Origin: Iphione sp. A-MEVVRFRX5
Lineage: Eukaryota
Direction: 5' to 3'
DNA length: 64,000 nucleotides
NCBI GenBank assembly: GCA_976226885.1
Contig: OZ320319.1
Span: 18,228,001 to 18,292,000, forward strand
Translations under genes and position numbers: made by a program
Shown here: in pieces, positions 1 to 11,750 of the stretch
Layout: each line of letters opens with the position of its first letter
Numbering within the stretch: position 1 is the stretch's first letter
Notes under the pieces: generated by a model
Told to the model about the DNA's origin: nothing
Databases searched by the model: none
Seen by the model: the letters and a program-made list of their open reading frames with translations, nothing else

Positions 1-221
1 TTGCTTAATGTTTACCACCATATTCATGTTACAGTGGAATCTAGATAATCCGGACAAGTGAAACCTTGAAAAACATATCCAACCTTCCTACATTCCCGGA
101 GATAAATATTTACTACGATTCTATTTTTGTTTATTCTTGATCTGAAGCATCACAGATTGCAAAGCTAATTTGGGTCTAGCAACGGAGATTATTATTTTTT
201 ACAAATTGTGATCATGGTTGA

Positions 222-325
222 AAATCTCAAAACTTTCTCAATGACATGATAGCGTACTAAATGACGTTTGATTGGAAATCTCAAAACTTTCTAAACGACA
301 TATTAGCTTACTAAATGACGTGTTT
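222..325. repeat. Imperfect direct repeat, two copies with 54-bp period (AAATCTCAAAACTTTCT..GACAT..TAGC.TACTAAATGACGT), probably internal to a transposon relic
   Basis: Copies start at 222 and 276 and align by eye with few substitutions. Confidence 0.8.
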
Positions 326-2426
326 GCTCACCGCAAAAAAAGGTGAAATGAACATCTGCATTCCAGAGGTTTAGTTTTTACAGGTGAGTTCGATGAATTG
401 GTTGTAGGTCGGTCTGGATGATCCGAGTTACAAACGAGATTACATCATATCACAGACAGGCTACTGCTGGCTGAGATTTCGGGAGGAGACACACCACACA
501 ATACGGTCAGCCTCCGCTTTACCGAACCGCGTGTTTCTTGTCAAAGTGTTCGGTTCACTGGGGGGTCCAGTTAGTCAAAGTACATGAAATAGAAGGGGTT
601 GGGGGGGGGACCAGTTTTGTATCAAACAATATGGTCTGTATGGGCGGGGAATTCAGTCAACCGGGGCCCGATAAGGTGGGGCTGACCAGGGTTTCAGTAT
701 CAATCACAGGGGATCACGGGACACCCCTGGCTATAGGGCCTTTTGGAATATGTGCCAGGGATATAGAGACCCCAGACGCCTACCAGGCCTCCCAAGCTGT
801 GGCCATAGTTACCTTTACACTTCTGTCGGGTAGTTTCCTGTCTGGTTGCATTTGTTTGTTTGTTTTTTTTTCAAACTCCGGCATTCCGTCTTGGGTAACT
901 TTTGTCTATAAACCAAAGACGATGGGGTTTTATCCTGTTAATGTGTATTGTTTAGGTAATTTCCTCTGTATTAAATCAATCATTAGTTTCCATACGTTTC
1001 ACCATATACTGAAACATGTATGAATAATTGTGATAATTATGGTGTATGTCCGAATGTTCAACAGACAAATCGCCGTTTTGTACAAGTTGTGTGCGAAGAA
1101 AAAAAATCACTGAACAGGATCTGCGTGCATCTGTTCCACTTGAGCCATCTTTTCCTCATTCAAGAACGATGTTTGAGTGCTTCGTTTGGATTTTTTGAGA
1201 TAAGTTCTTATGAAATCTGCCTGCTGTCCGTCCGTATTCTTGTTTTCCAGTGGGCTGATAAGAACTCAAGATGAGGAAATTTGCACTGTGTATTCCTCTG
1301 TCGTTTCATTTCCAAATAAAAAGAGTTAAAGTGAACTGGTTGATTTTGTCTTTCTGTTACTGAAAGTAATTTGTAAAATCGGAAAACCATGCATGATTTT
1401 TACATTAATTCCTGTTCTATCTTTCATTATAAGGTAATGATCCCCCCATTCCCAACAAAAGCCCCCCCCCCCCAAAAAAAAAAAAGACTGAAGGAAACGA
1501 CCTTTGTGTCAAAGAAACGGGGATTGTCTTGTCCATACTTTGTCAAGGTGCAAGGTGAAAAAGATACAAAATAGTCAACAGGAAACCATATCGATAATGG
1601 AAATGACCCTCTTCATTCCATACCGTGACAATTTTACACGTCAGATATTTCACTTGTTGATCAAGTCGTACATTTGTCAGTTCTTTTTGGAGTGTTTTGT
1701 ACCACAGTAAACTTACACTTTTAACCAGGCTCTTAATAAAATTAGGTATGAAATAACCAAGGTACAAAATGGCCTCCTACAGGTTCAGAAGGGATGTTGG
1801 GTAAGTGGGCTTTGATTCCGAAAGGATTTACAGTTGAACATTCTTTCTTACAGTGCCTGAACAAAATGCCGCAGTGTTGCCACAAAGAATCCCCAGTGCT
1901 ACCAGAACATTGCTGCAATGATTAATTGTTCAGGCTGTTACAGAATATCTGCAAGCCTCAATGAGCTAAAGTTGACTTGCAAAACAGGGTGAGGGAGAGA
2001 CGCACAGAAGAGAGAGTGAGACAGAAGCAGAGACAACAAGAGAGAACAAGAGACAGACAGACAGACAGGCGGACAGACCTAAAATTTGACAACTATCTAC
2101 AGAGATAAAAATTGTGTAATTCACCGATCGCTTTTGGGCAGATAACCATGCACACCCAGAGCTACCCCTGACACATGCAAACTGGCATAGACAAGCAGCA
2201 GGTTCCCAAGGCACTTTCAATGCTAAAACAGTCATCTTTGACCCCTTGCAACTTGGAAACTATAAGACAGAAAAATACCAAAGTTAGTCTGAATCCTTGT
2301 TAATATATTCTGTCTATGCTGTTAAAAGCAAATAATTCTGTCTGTAATATTAACTGAAAAAAAATCAACCCTCCCATTGAGTCCAATGCTAGACAGCTTT
2401 GTTTGTCTATGCTCAAGGTTCCAACG

Positions 2427-2482
2427 CTTTTTGTAGGATGCACTGTGTTCAGGCCTAGGCTTTTTGTAGGATGCGCTGTGGT
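2427..2482. repeat. Short direct duplication CTTTTTGTAGGATGC(A/G)CTGTG, two copies
   Basis: Two near-identical ~21-bp copies about 33 bp apart. Confidence 0.8.
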
Positions 2483-3567
2483 TGGCTAGACTCAACTGTG
2501 AGTCACAAAAAGTGATCGGTCAATAGCTAAAATCTCAATCAAATGAGTATGGTTCCACTAGAAAGAAGTTTTTCCTTTTAAGTAGATCACAAAACCTGCT
2601 TGTTCTCTAGAAAAGGACTCTGGCGGTAATATAACGTTTCCTCCAATTACCGCTAGATGTCTCACAACCTTTGATAGTTCCAAATGTGAACACGAGGCGG
2701 CAGAAATATTCGCCGAGCTGGATCCTCCAGCGTATTCATCAATGAAGACCCAATAACGAAGCTGCCAATACAACCTGTTTTCTGGCTCGAAAGCACTTTT
2801 GTCAAACCCCATATGAAAGAAATTACTGAAATCTAAAAGAAATAAGACATATACGTTCCTCTACAATTCCAAAACCATGAAAATTATTGCTTGAATAGTT
2901 GTCACTTAATAAATAAAGCTTCCAACAGCTAAGCAATATCACAGAATTCATGTACTTCTTTAACAGAGGAATACCTGTATCACTTGAGACTAGGCGATAT
3001 TTCAGGTACATGTATTTACAGTGAGGGGGAAGCACATGTGGAAGTGTCTGTTTTCAATGAACGGGAGAGTTCATATTTATAAAATAGCCCGAAGGCCTAT
3101 TTTGCCATCTTCTATTACTCTGTCATACAACAGTAGACCTTCAGTGTATTTGTAATATGCACTTTACTCTACGTTGAGTTAATGTATAAATTGTAACGTT
3201 CGCTCAATTTTCTGTAATTTACGAGAGATTATAATTCAATCATTTACATACACACACGCAATCCAATGATTTTTTTCATCGGATCAGTCTAGTAATATCA
3301 AACTGGATGGCTTATGTACGTACATGTATGCAGGTGCTATGTACACAACATTGTCCAACTCGTTCAATGTGACGGGACAAAGTAGTAACAAATCTAATTG
3401 CCTGTGACTAGTTTCTCCAGTTGTAGTCATTTGTAAAGATGTTCATATCCAGCTTGCATAAAAGGATGCATAGATGTGAGAGCAGATTGTTTTCATTGTT
3501 ATACGTTCTTGGACACAATGTGAATGTGATCAGCCCTTCATGTCTGAATTTTGTCTTGCCTACTTTA

Positions 3568-3942
3568 GGCCTGGTTTCCTTACCTGCGGTGCTGTCCGGG
3601 TGCGTTGGGGTGCGGTGAATTATGTCATTATTGGGATGTAGGGATATAGTGGAGGGTGTTCCTTACGTGCATTGCCATCTGGGTGCGTTGCCATGTGTCG
3701 CCCTGCGTTGCCCGTTTTCGGTACCTTCCTGTAAATTTGACGCACCCGCACGGCAACGCACAGGAACGCACGCATATTTCCTCTTTTTATTCCCATCATT
3801 TCCCGCACTGTCCCGCACTGGTTGTATGGACACCCCTGTGCGTTGCCGTGTGGCAAGAGTACAACGCACACAAACGCACTGGGAACGCACACAGACCTCT
3901 CCGCAGCTCGCCGCATACCACCGCACGTAAGGAAACCGGGCC
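3568..3942. mobile_element. Non-autonomous PIF/Harbinger (Tourist-like) MITE, 375 bp
   Basis: 24-bp terminal inverted repeats GGCCTGGTTTCCTTACCTGCGGTG (3568-3591) vs reverse complement of 3919-3942, 2 mismatches. Flanked by a TTA target-site duplication (3565-3567 and 3943-3945), the TWA TSD typical of PIF/Harbinger. Internal GTGCGTTG/CAACGCAC subterminal motifs. Confidence 0.9.
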
Positions 3943-4245
3943 TTACATCGCATGCTTGAAACTTATAAATGTACACTGTATAATAAACACTCTCAACACT
4001 GTAATTATGGACTCTCTAAGTGTATTAACATAACTGTGTTTCGAGTACTAAATTACAGATTATACATCAAATTTCACACATCAGGTTACATTATTCATAT
4101 GCACATTTAACAACGCCCACTAATATGTGACAGATTCCAGGAGGAACGTAGAAGTATACAGGCCCGTAGCCAAGGGGGTATCGGGGGCATCGTCCGATAC
4201 CCCCCAGAGAAGCCAAGAATTCCACCTCTCTAGGCTTATAGCAAC

Positions 4246-4497
4246 GAGTGAGAAAGAGGGAGGGGGAAAGAGAGGGAGAGAGACGGGGAGAGAAAGAAAG
4301 AGAGAGAGAGGGAGAGAGAGAGAGGGAAAGGGAGAGGAGAGGAGAGGAGAGGAGAGGAGAGGGGAGAAAGAGTGAGAGGGAGAGAGAGAGGTGAGAGGGA
4401 GTGAGAGGGAGAGAGAGAAAGAGAGGGTGAGAGTGAGAGGGAGAGAGAGTGGGAGAGAGAGAGGAGAGAAAGAGCAGAGAGAGAGAGGGGAAGGAAG
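4246..4497. repeat. GA-rich polypurine microsatellite inside the MITE
   Basis: Direct reading. Confidence 0.95.
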
Positions 4498-4511
4498 ATC
4501 TTTCTAACCAG

Positions 4512-4570
4512 GAGTTCCACCTCTCTAACCAAGAGTTCCACCTCTCTAACTAAGAGTTCCACCTCTCTAA
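4512..4570. repeat. 21-bp minisatellite GAGTTCCACCTCTCTAAC(C/T)AA, ~3 copies, with a related copy at ~4217-4232
   Basis: Direct reading. Confidence 0.9.
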
Positions 4571-4749
4571 TTTAAGATACCCCCACAAGACATCCTGGCT
4601 ACGGGCCTGGTATAGGTGGCATTAATGGAAGGTACACCAAAGGATCGACATGTTATTGAGATTAGTATTTATCCTCTCTCATTTATCTATCATTAGTGAT
4701 CTACTGAGGTCTGTGCACTGTGTAAGCACTGAGCACTGCGGGTGCTTAC

Positions 4750-4917
4750 CTAGGGACGGTTAAAATAAAGAACCCCTAGAGTGTAACCACCGAACAGCGG
4801 GAAGGGCTCGGTAGGGCAACGGGGAACGGCCTCGGCCGGGCTTCCCATCCGTCGGAGGGGGTGCATGGAACAGCCGTTTATGCTAATCGCCTCCAATCAC
4901 AATATGGCGAAAGTACG
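4750..4917. promoter_or_regulatory. CpG-rich candidate promoter between a minus-strand splice donor and a plus-strand first exon
   Basis: GC/CpG-rich; YY1-like AATATGGCG at 4901-4909; minus-strand CTAG|GTAAGC at 4750/4749; plus-strand G|GTGAGT at 4969/4970. Confidence 0.5.
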
Positions 4918-4969
4918 ATGACGGAGCTAACTGTGTGTGCGATGGCTCTGCTTCTGCCGGCCGTTTCGG
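4918..4969 (+). CDS. Candidate first coding exon, hydrophobic signal-peptide-like MTELTVCAMALLLPAVS(G/D/E/A/V); alternative start at ATG 4942; product unknown
   Basis: ATG at 4918, open frame to a consensus phase-1 donor GTGAGT at 4970, inside a CpG island. Downstream exons could not be assigned. Confidence 0.4.
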
Positions 4970-7900
4970 GTGAGTTTCTGGACATTTTCCTTCACGATTT
5001 GACACGTTGAATCATTAAGTGCATCTCTTGTCGGTTCGGGGTTTATAGCGGTTGCCGAGAACGGCAAGACGTAGGAATCGGGCAGTATTTTCACGTGGCT
5101 CCTCAGGGTCGTCCGGTTGGACGATCCGAGTACGGGAGGGAGAGGAGCTATCGTAGGGGAAGTCGGCGCCCAGTGTTTTGGCCACCGAGGGAGTCAGCAC
5201 CCGTCCAGCATCTAAACTCTCGGGCCGACGCGGGGGCCGAAATAAAAACTCGTACGAAAAGAAAAGATAGGGTGTCACTCGACCAGGATAGAGTGACAGG
5301 CAATACTGTCCATGTTGCATGCATCCCCTAATGAGTGTTCTTTTGGATACCGTGCAGAGCGTTTGACATGACTGGGTTAGCGTAAATTATATACTTAGCA
5401 CATCGTTGACTTGTACTCCACTTAAGTTAAATGCCCCTGCTCTTCCTTCATGGAGTTTCTTACTGAATGAGAAACGTTACCGAGAGGCCCGCTGCATAAA
5501 AGCCCCCTAATCTTTAGAGATGGTCTATTTAGGGGTGACATGTGGAGTGAACTGGACAATATATTTTCGACTTTTTGTTGGCAGCGAGTTGGAAAGAACA
5601 GAAATATCGCAGGATCTACCCCTGCACGAGCTTACTCAACATAAAACATAGATGATAGAAGGGCATCTTTCATTGAAGGAAAATGACCTTATTTTCCAGC
5701 ACCAGGGATGATAAACCTTATCGCCCACTGATAACATTTAACATTATTATTACCGCTTCATGTAGGGAACTTGTAAACCGTATGATGTATGTATGTTACC
5801 AAGGGCCATTTATGACTGTTGAAAGTCTTGCCATATTAATCTGTTCCATATTATATAGACTTAGCCAGCCGGGTTTAGAAAGCGAATTGCAATATATTTG
5901 CAGGTAAAATTTAAATGTCAGTTCGGATCTGTAACATCGGGACTCATCCTAATTTGTTGAAAGAGGAAAAGAACGCAAAACATCTGTCAGCAATACCATA
6001 ACCGACATATGTGATGCATTTAATTACCTTCGATCCTGGGTGGGATCTTACAGTCTGTAGACCCTCACAACATCGCTGCGTAAACAAAGAGAAGTCATAT
6101 TACAAGTCCATGCACTGTTTAACAGTACCCCATCTAGCAAGCACGTCATATGTAACATGTAGCTAGATTAGGGCCTAATTTTGACGTTCGCTGTGGTTTG
6201 GGGTGCACATAGGATAACAGCAGGGGTGTATCCATGTACACATGCAGCAAGGTTTTGGAATGGAACGTGTCCCATTCTCCTGTGAACGATGCTGGCCGAC
6301 TGGTGTTCCGAATGGGAACTGTGGTGAACAACTGATGAATATAATGAACATGCTACATGGACACACATAAACATGGCAACACCACAAGGCTGTTCACAGC
6401 TCTTCACCACCCTACATGCTACACAGGTTTATGGAAATTGGGCCTCCATATATGCATGTTTTCATCACCATGTTGCTACTGTGTTTTTGAGGCATTTCCA
6501 TATAGCTATGCACCATTGGTCCATGTCACTATGTTTTCAGATTTAGACTTGTCCCCATTTCTACAGTCGTGTCATAGGAGGTCGTACCATGATTTTTGGT
6601 CACTTTATTTATCGACTGGAGTGATACAGGAAAAACACGGTGACAACATAAAGACAAGATAACAACAAGGTGAACATCCTACGTGTGACAATATTATGGG
6701 ATATACACTGTACATATACATGTACCGTGCAGTACGCATACATTGTATAAACTTGGAGCTGGCCAGTATCATAGTATGGAGCACAAAGCGCATAATAATC
6801 TTTGAGACAAGGATGGATGGTTTTTTTATTCCGTGGTGATGCCGTGTTTCATCTGTCGTTACACAGATTAATTTTTCAATCAACATTTTCTTTTAAAAAA
6901 TTGGAAGAAAGAGAAAAAGAAAGAGTAGTAAAAGTGTTGTCTTTCCCTTGACTAATTACTGAAATTTCGCCAGAGACAGATTTCTGTTAGGTACAATAAA
7001 GATACATGTAGTTGGATTTTGAAGATTCTAATGTATTGTCATGGTAAACCACTAACTGCAGATGGTTTACCTCCCTTTGCACAGATTAAAGCTTTTTTTG
7101 CGAGTCCCACCACAACAGTTTGTCTCTAAGTAATTGAGGGTGACACTATATCCAGTTTTTACTGCTATTCATGTGAGGCAACGTATGTAAAGTCAGTACA
7201 TTCCATTGTTTTAGATTTCCTACATGCTCGTCAAACATTGCACTATGAAGGCGGAGGTTCTGTGGTCAGGTACTTGTGGTATAAACAGTCGAGACATTCG
7301 GAGAAAAAAAAATTAATGGTTTTCCACCACCTTATCACACGAGTTCTCACGATAAGGAATGCTTTATGAATTAGAAAGTCCATAATTGTCACTTGTCGCC
7401 ATGAATGGATAGCACAAGGACTGCCCCCGACTACGTGTGTCGTCGTGCTATCAGATTTGTGTGAAATTGTGGAGCGGCATGTGTGTCATTGTAATTGTCG
7501 CCACTCAACGGATCCCCAGGGGCACATCTCGAGATGGGTTTAACTGACACTTCGTCCTCATAACCAGTTCGTCTTCAAACTAATTCATGCCCAGTGCAGT
7601 ATATGTGGTTCAGGATATATTCTAGTCAGTCATAGAAGTTTCACATCACGCTTGAAATAAACGGCGTGCTATCACTATTTCACATTTAAAATTAAGATTA
7701 TTGAAGATAGCCGTCTTAAGCAACTTTGCAACAGAAATATTTTGAACTTTTTTTTCATAGCCATCTTGTATTCAGATGTACGTTACGTGAATACAAAGAA
7801 GCATGTAAATGTATTTCTTCTACGTACGTATTTTAAAGCAGTATACATGGATATGTGCCGATACAATCAAATTTCTCTAGCTGTGCGTGTTCGCGCGTTT

Positions 7901-8879
7901 GTGTGTATGTGTGTGCGTTTTTGAGAGCCCTAGACTGGGTGAGAGAATGCGAAGGAAATCAGCAGAAAGATCCGATTGAAGGGACTGATGTTGAGATGGA
8001 ACATATTGAACAGTCCAGTGTCAGATCGACAAAACTACAGGTAATAAATGTTAAACAGGAAAGTATCAGTGAACGAATTCGAATGAACATAGCAGAAAAT
8101 CGTCATATTTACGATCATAAGGTCCTTCCTCTGGCACAAAGGCAGTATCAGGCAGTAGTGTCGGAATCTCCATTTCAATTATAGCACCCTTCTCAGAGAA
8201 GAGCACTTGAAAATTGATCGATGTAGAGGGATAAGGGAGCGATATAGGGTTAGGGTCAAGGATAGCGTTAAAGGAATCAAATATCGTCTCTTTTGACATG
8301 GGTTGTCACAAACCAGCCCGGGCGGATTCGTCGGTATACGCACGTGCCAGGCTTCCGTATCAACCAGTTGAGGTGAATCTCAGAGGTGGAAGACCTAATG
8401 GGATGTAAACCTGGCTTAAAACAAGTTACTTTCCGCTATCCCCTTTCCCCGGGGGCCCCGTCAGTCTCCATGCATGCTGTTATCGGACCAGGGTATGGGT
8501 TAATGCAGAGGTGTATAAATTAAGGACCTTCAGCCATTACAAAAAGATAAGGCATAACAGGAAAGAAGATTATGAAAGATAAGAGCACAATAGTGAAGCA
8601 TTGCCCACCAGCTCATACCAGCGTGTTATCTTTCCGTTAGCAGGTAGCTGATAAGGTGACGACCACCGAGTGGGCGACTAGCCACACTATTATTTGATAA
8701 AAGATCAGATTAAGAAGACGTTTTGATCCTCGACGGTGTCGGGACTCGAAGTTGATGTACCATATTACCGGAGAGTAAGACCGGGTGCTATATGGCCACT
8801 CCTCAGGAAGCCCCGTCGCAAGCCGCCTCCTTGCGGGCTAATTTCTTGGCTGTTCCATGATATGATGAATTAATGCCAG

Positions 8880-9400
8880 CAAACCATAGGTACCAGTCAC
8901 TACCGCACACACATACACACACCCACCGGCACTCACATCATGGGTATCAGCCACTAGTGTACACACATGCACACACATACACACAGCCACGCACACTCAC
9001 CTCATGGTTGGTACCATACACTACTGGATACACATATGCACGCACAGATACACACACAGCCACTCACACTTCATTGACTCTCATACACACATATACACAC
9101 ATAACCACTAGTGCATACATAGGTAACAGCCACTACCATATACACACATAACCACCCACACTCACATCGTGGGTACTGCCGTGCTTACATGCACACACAC
9201 ATAACTTCTCTCAGTTAAACCACCATTATTTACACACAACCATTCACACTCGAAGCATGGGTACCAGCCTTTATCATCCACGCACACACATACACAACCG
9301 CTCACACTCGAACCAGCCAGTGTTGTATACACACATGCCTACACACATACATACTCTCATTTCCATGCAGCTACACTACACTGCACCTATCTCCCCTTCT
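8880..9400. repeat. CA-rich degenerate minisatellite with recurring CATGGGTACCAGCC / CACTCACA motifs
   Basis: Motif variants at ~8885, 8939, 9004, 9118, 9167 and 9257 embedded in (CA)n. Confidence 0.75.
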
Positions 9401-9519
9401 TTTCTCCTCCCCTGGCCATTCCCATTGTCCTACGTGCTAAGCAGCCAGCCGGTACCCGTAACCCCTGCTCGGCTACTGGCCAGCTGGCACAGCCCCTCAC
9501 TCATGACTGACCCCCACAC

Positions 9520-9900
9520 AACCACCACCAGCTGCCTTGGCCTCCACACATCTGCTGGCTAGCCTCCACAACCTTCACTATGCCTCCACACAACTCTGGA
9601 CCGGTTATTACAACTACCGCCAGCTGTCTTGACCTTAGCAGAGCTACCACAGCTTTCACTGGCCATCTTTGTCTGTCCATACACCCTGTGCCTTACCCCT
9701 ATGGCTATCAGCATCTGCCTAGACCTCCACACAACTACTAGCTCTCTTCTAAGGCCTTCACTGGTCACCTAAACTCCCACACAGCCACTGGCTATATATG
9801 TAGCTTTGACCAACTGCTTGGACCTCCATATGTGCTGGAGGCCGCAGACTCCACTGGCCACTTTGACCTCCATATTGGAAGTGGATACATAGCAAACAGC
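9520..9900. repeat. C-rich cryptic repeat (CCTCCACAC / CACTGGCCA motifs)
   Basis: Repeated short motifs and strong strand skew. Confidence 0.55.
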
Positions 9901-10659
9901 TTCCATCATATGCCTTGTCAGTGTAGCTCAGACCCTCTACTATTTACATCAGTCTGGGCTCCACTGTGCAGGAGGAAAAACATGTGCCAGTTGTGTGGCT
10001 GGGGACTTTTCTGACTTGGGCAGTTTTTCCACATGTTCAGACATCAAGTGAAACCTGACACACCAGGGCCAGTTGGGGCCAGCTGGCCCCCCCCCCCAAT
10101 GTGGGGCCCCCCAACTGACTGCTGGAATAATGGCTGTACAGAAAACTGGGTCAAGATGGGTTTGGCAATCAGCCGGTCATCAAACACTGCTTGCTGGATC
10201 AGATTTGGATACAAGGGAAAAGCAGACTGAGAAACACTTGTTTGGGAATCGGCCTTATGGGTGGCCGTACATGTGAAAAAACTGCCTAAGGGTGGGACAG
10301 ATCAGGTTTCTCGGGCTTGAGCTCCATGTTGCCGCTCACAGCTGCATCTTCCACTAGAAATCACCACACAACTACTAAAAGGTTGTCCTAGGTTTCATGA
10401 GCTGCCCCGATACCAAGACAGGCCACTACATGACGGCCACAGCCACCGTGTGTGGCCCCGAGACGTTCACACCGCCGTAAAGAAAAGGGAGGATGGAAGG
10501 GGAAGTGAGACTGATGTGAGAGAGTGGTGAACAAGAAGGAAAAGGACCGTGGATTAGAGATGTGGGGAAGCGAAGGTAGAATTAAAAAAGAACAGTCGGA
10601 GTGGGGAGAAGTGTTGGAGAGGCAAGCTCAGGGAGCCTACCTGCTAACATGTCTTCTAG

Positions 10660-10708
10660 GTGGAGACAGACATCTTTATGGTCCCTCCATTCCGCTTCGC
10701 CTGCCCAG
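10660..10708 (+). other. Candidate 49-nt internal exon
   Basis: Branch-point-like CTAAC plus GTCTTCTAG| acceptor; CAG|GTACTG donor; all three frames open, so frame unresolved. Confidence 0.25.
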
Positions 10709-11737
10709 GTACTGCAAGGCTTGAAATAACTCATGTCTACTATGTAGCGGAGGTGTTATACAATATAGAGGGAAGTGAAGTACACGTAATTCGGATATTG
10801 TTCTAATAAGTCATTCCGATGGGAAAGGGGAGGCAGAGAAACAGAGATCCCTGGAAATTGACAGGAAAAAGGAACAACGGTAGAAGGTTTTCTATATGGT
10901 GGAGACATCGAATACAGTCGGGTGGTTACTCATTAGTTCAGCATTAAATATTGTGAACCAACAGTTTCCAGCCTTGTGCTACGACGAATTCTTTATTCTG
11001 TATATTTTATGACTTTAGTGACTATCAGTCGCATACTTTTGCTTGGTTGGAATTTGATATACAGGTGCATATGCCTTGTGTTGCATATGAAATGTAAGGT
11101 AGAAATGTTAGCAGAGGTTTTATCTCACTGTGATATGAAATCAAGAATCTTAGAAATAGGCTGTTTTTTCAGAGCGAATTTAATACCCAGGACCAATTTT
11201 TATTCGCCTATGTGGTCTGCTTTCTCATATATTTGTTTTCTCATGCGTGAACTTCGTTGAAGAATTAAGACTAGAGTGAAAACTAATGTAAAGGATCGCT
11301 GGAAAATTGAGGCTCCAGTCAAAAATATTGTAAGGGATAATGAAAGAGATTTTCATGAGACTCAGACTGGCTGTCATCTTTCAAACAGAGCAGCATTCGA
11401 TACATGTAGTCACGCTGTAGTTGCCCGGTAAACGCCGTCATTTTTTTTTTATTTCTTCAAAGAGTAGTATAACATCGCCCTGCCCCGAGCACTACAACCA
11501 AATTAGGATCAAAAGTTGATGCGTGTCAGCTTCTACGACAGTTTGATAAATTGTCCTGTCAATCTCTGGCCCGCAAGCCTTGGGGCCAGTCCGGTAAGTA
11601 CGGTGTAAAAAAAACAAGAGAGAAGAGAAGTTTCAATCGGAGAGACTTTTTTTATTCGTGCTTGTATAGGAACTGGTGCATATTACGGCGGCAATGACGG
11701 ACGGTGGAATAAAAGGTCATGCTTAGTTCACACCAGA

Positions 11738-11750
11738 CGCCCCCTGGTGG
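11738..11750 (-). promoter_or_regulatory. CTCF core motif CCACCAGGGGGCG
   Basis: Exact match to the CTCF core consensus on the minus strand. Confidence 0.55.

Larger units (their letters stand above)
4159..4609. mobile_element. MITE with CAGGCCCGTAGCCA(A/G)G terminal inverted repeats, carrying a GA-rich expansion and a 21-bp minisatellite
   Basis: TIR 4159-4174 vs 4594-4609 (1 mismatch in 16); GTATA directly flanks both ends (4154-4158, 4610-4614); internal hairpin GGGGGTATCGG..CCGATACCCCC. Confidence 0.8.

Noticed and set aside
538-1023. 161-aa plus ORF
   Set aside because: Starts at a non-ATG codon, passes through G and T homopolymers, and has no splice or domain support.
2501-2517. miR-153-like AGTCACAAAAAGTGATC
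   Set aside because: Only the 3' part matches; the seed is absent and there is no hairpin.
3620-4033. Four overlapping ORFs at 3.6-4.0 kb
   Set aside because: They lie within the non-autonomous Harbinger MITE and have no transposase motifs.
8066-8299. Minus ORF with EKGAII, reminiscent of DIRS reverse transcriptase
   Set aside because: The downstream conserved RT motifs are not present; the similarity is too short.
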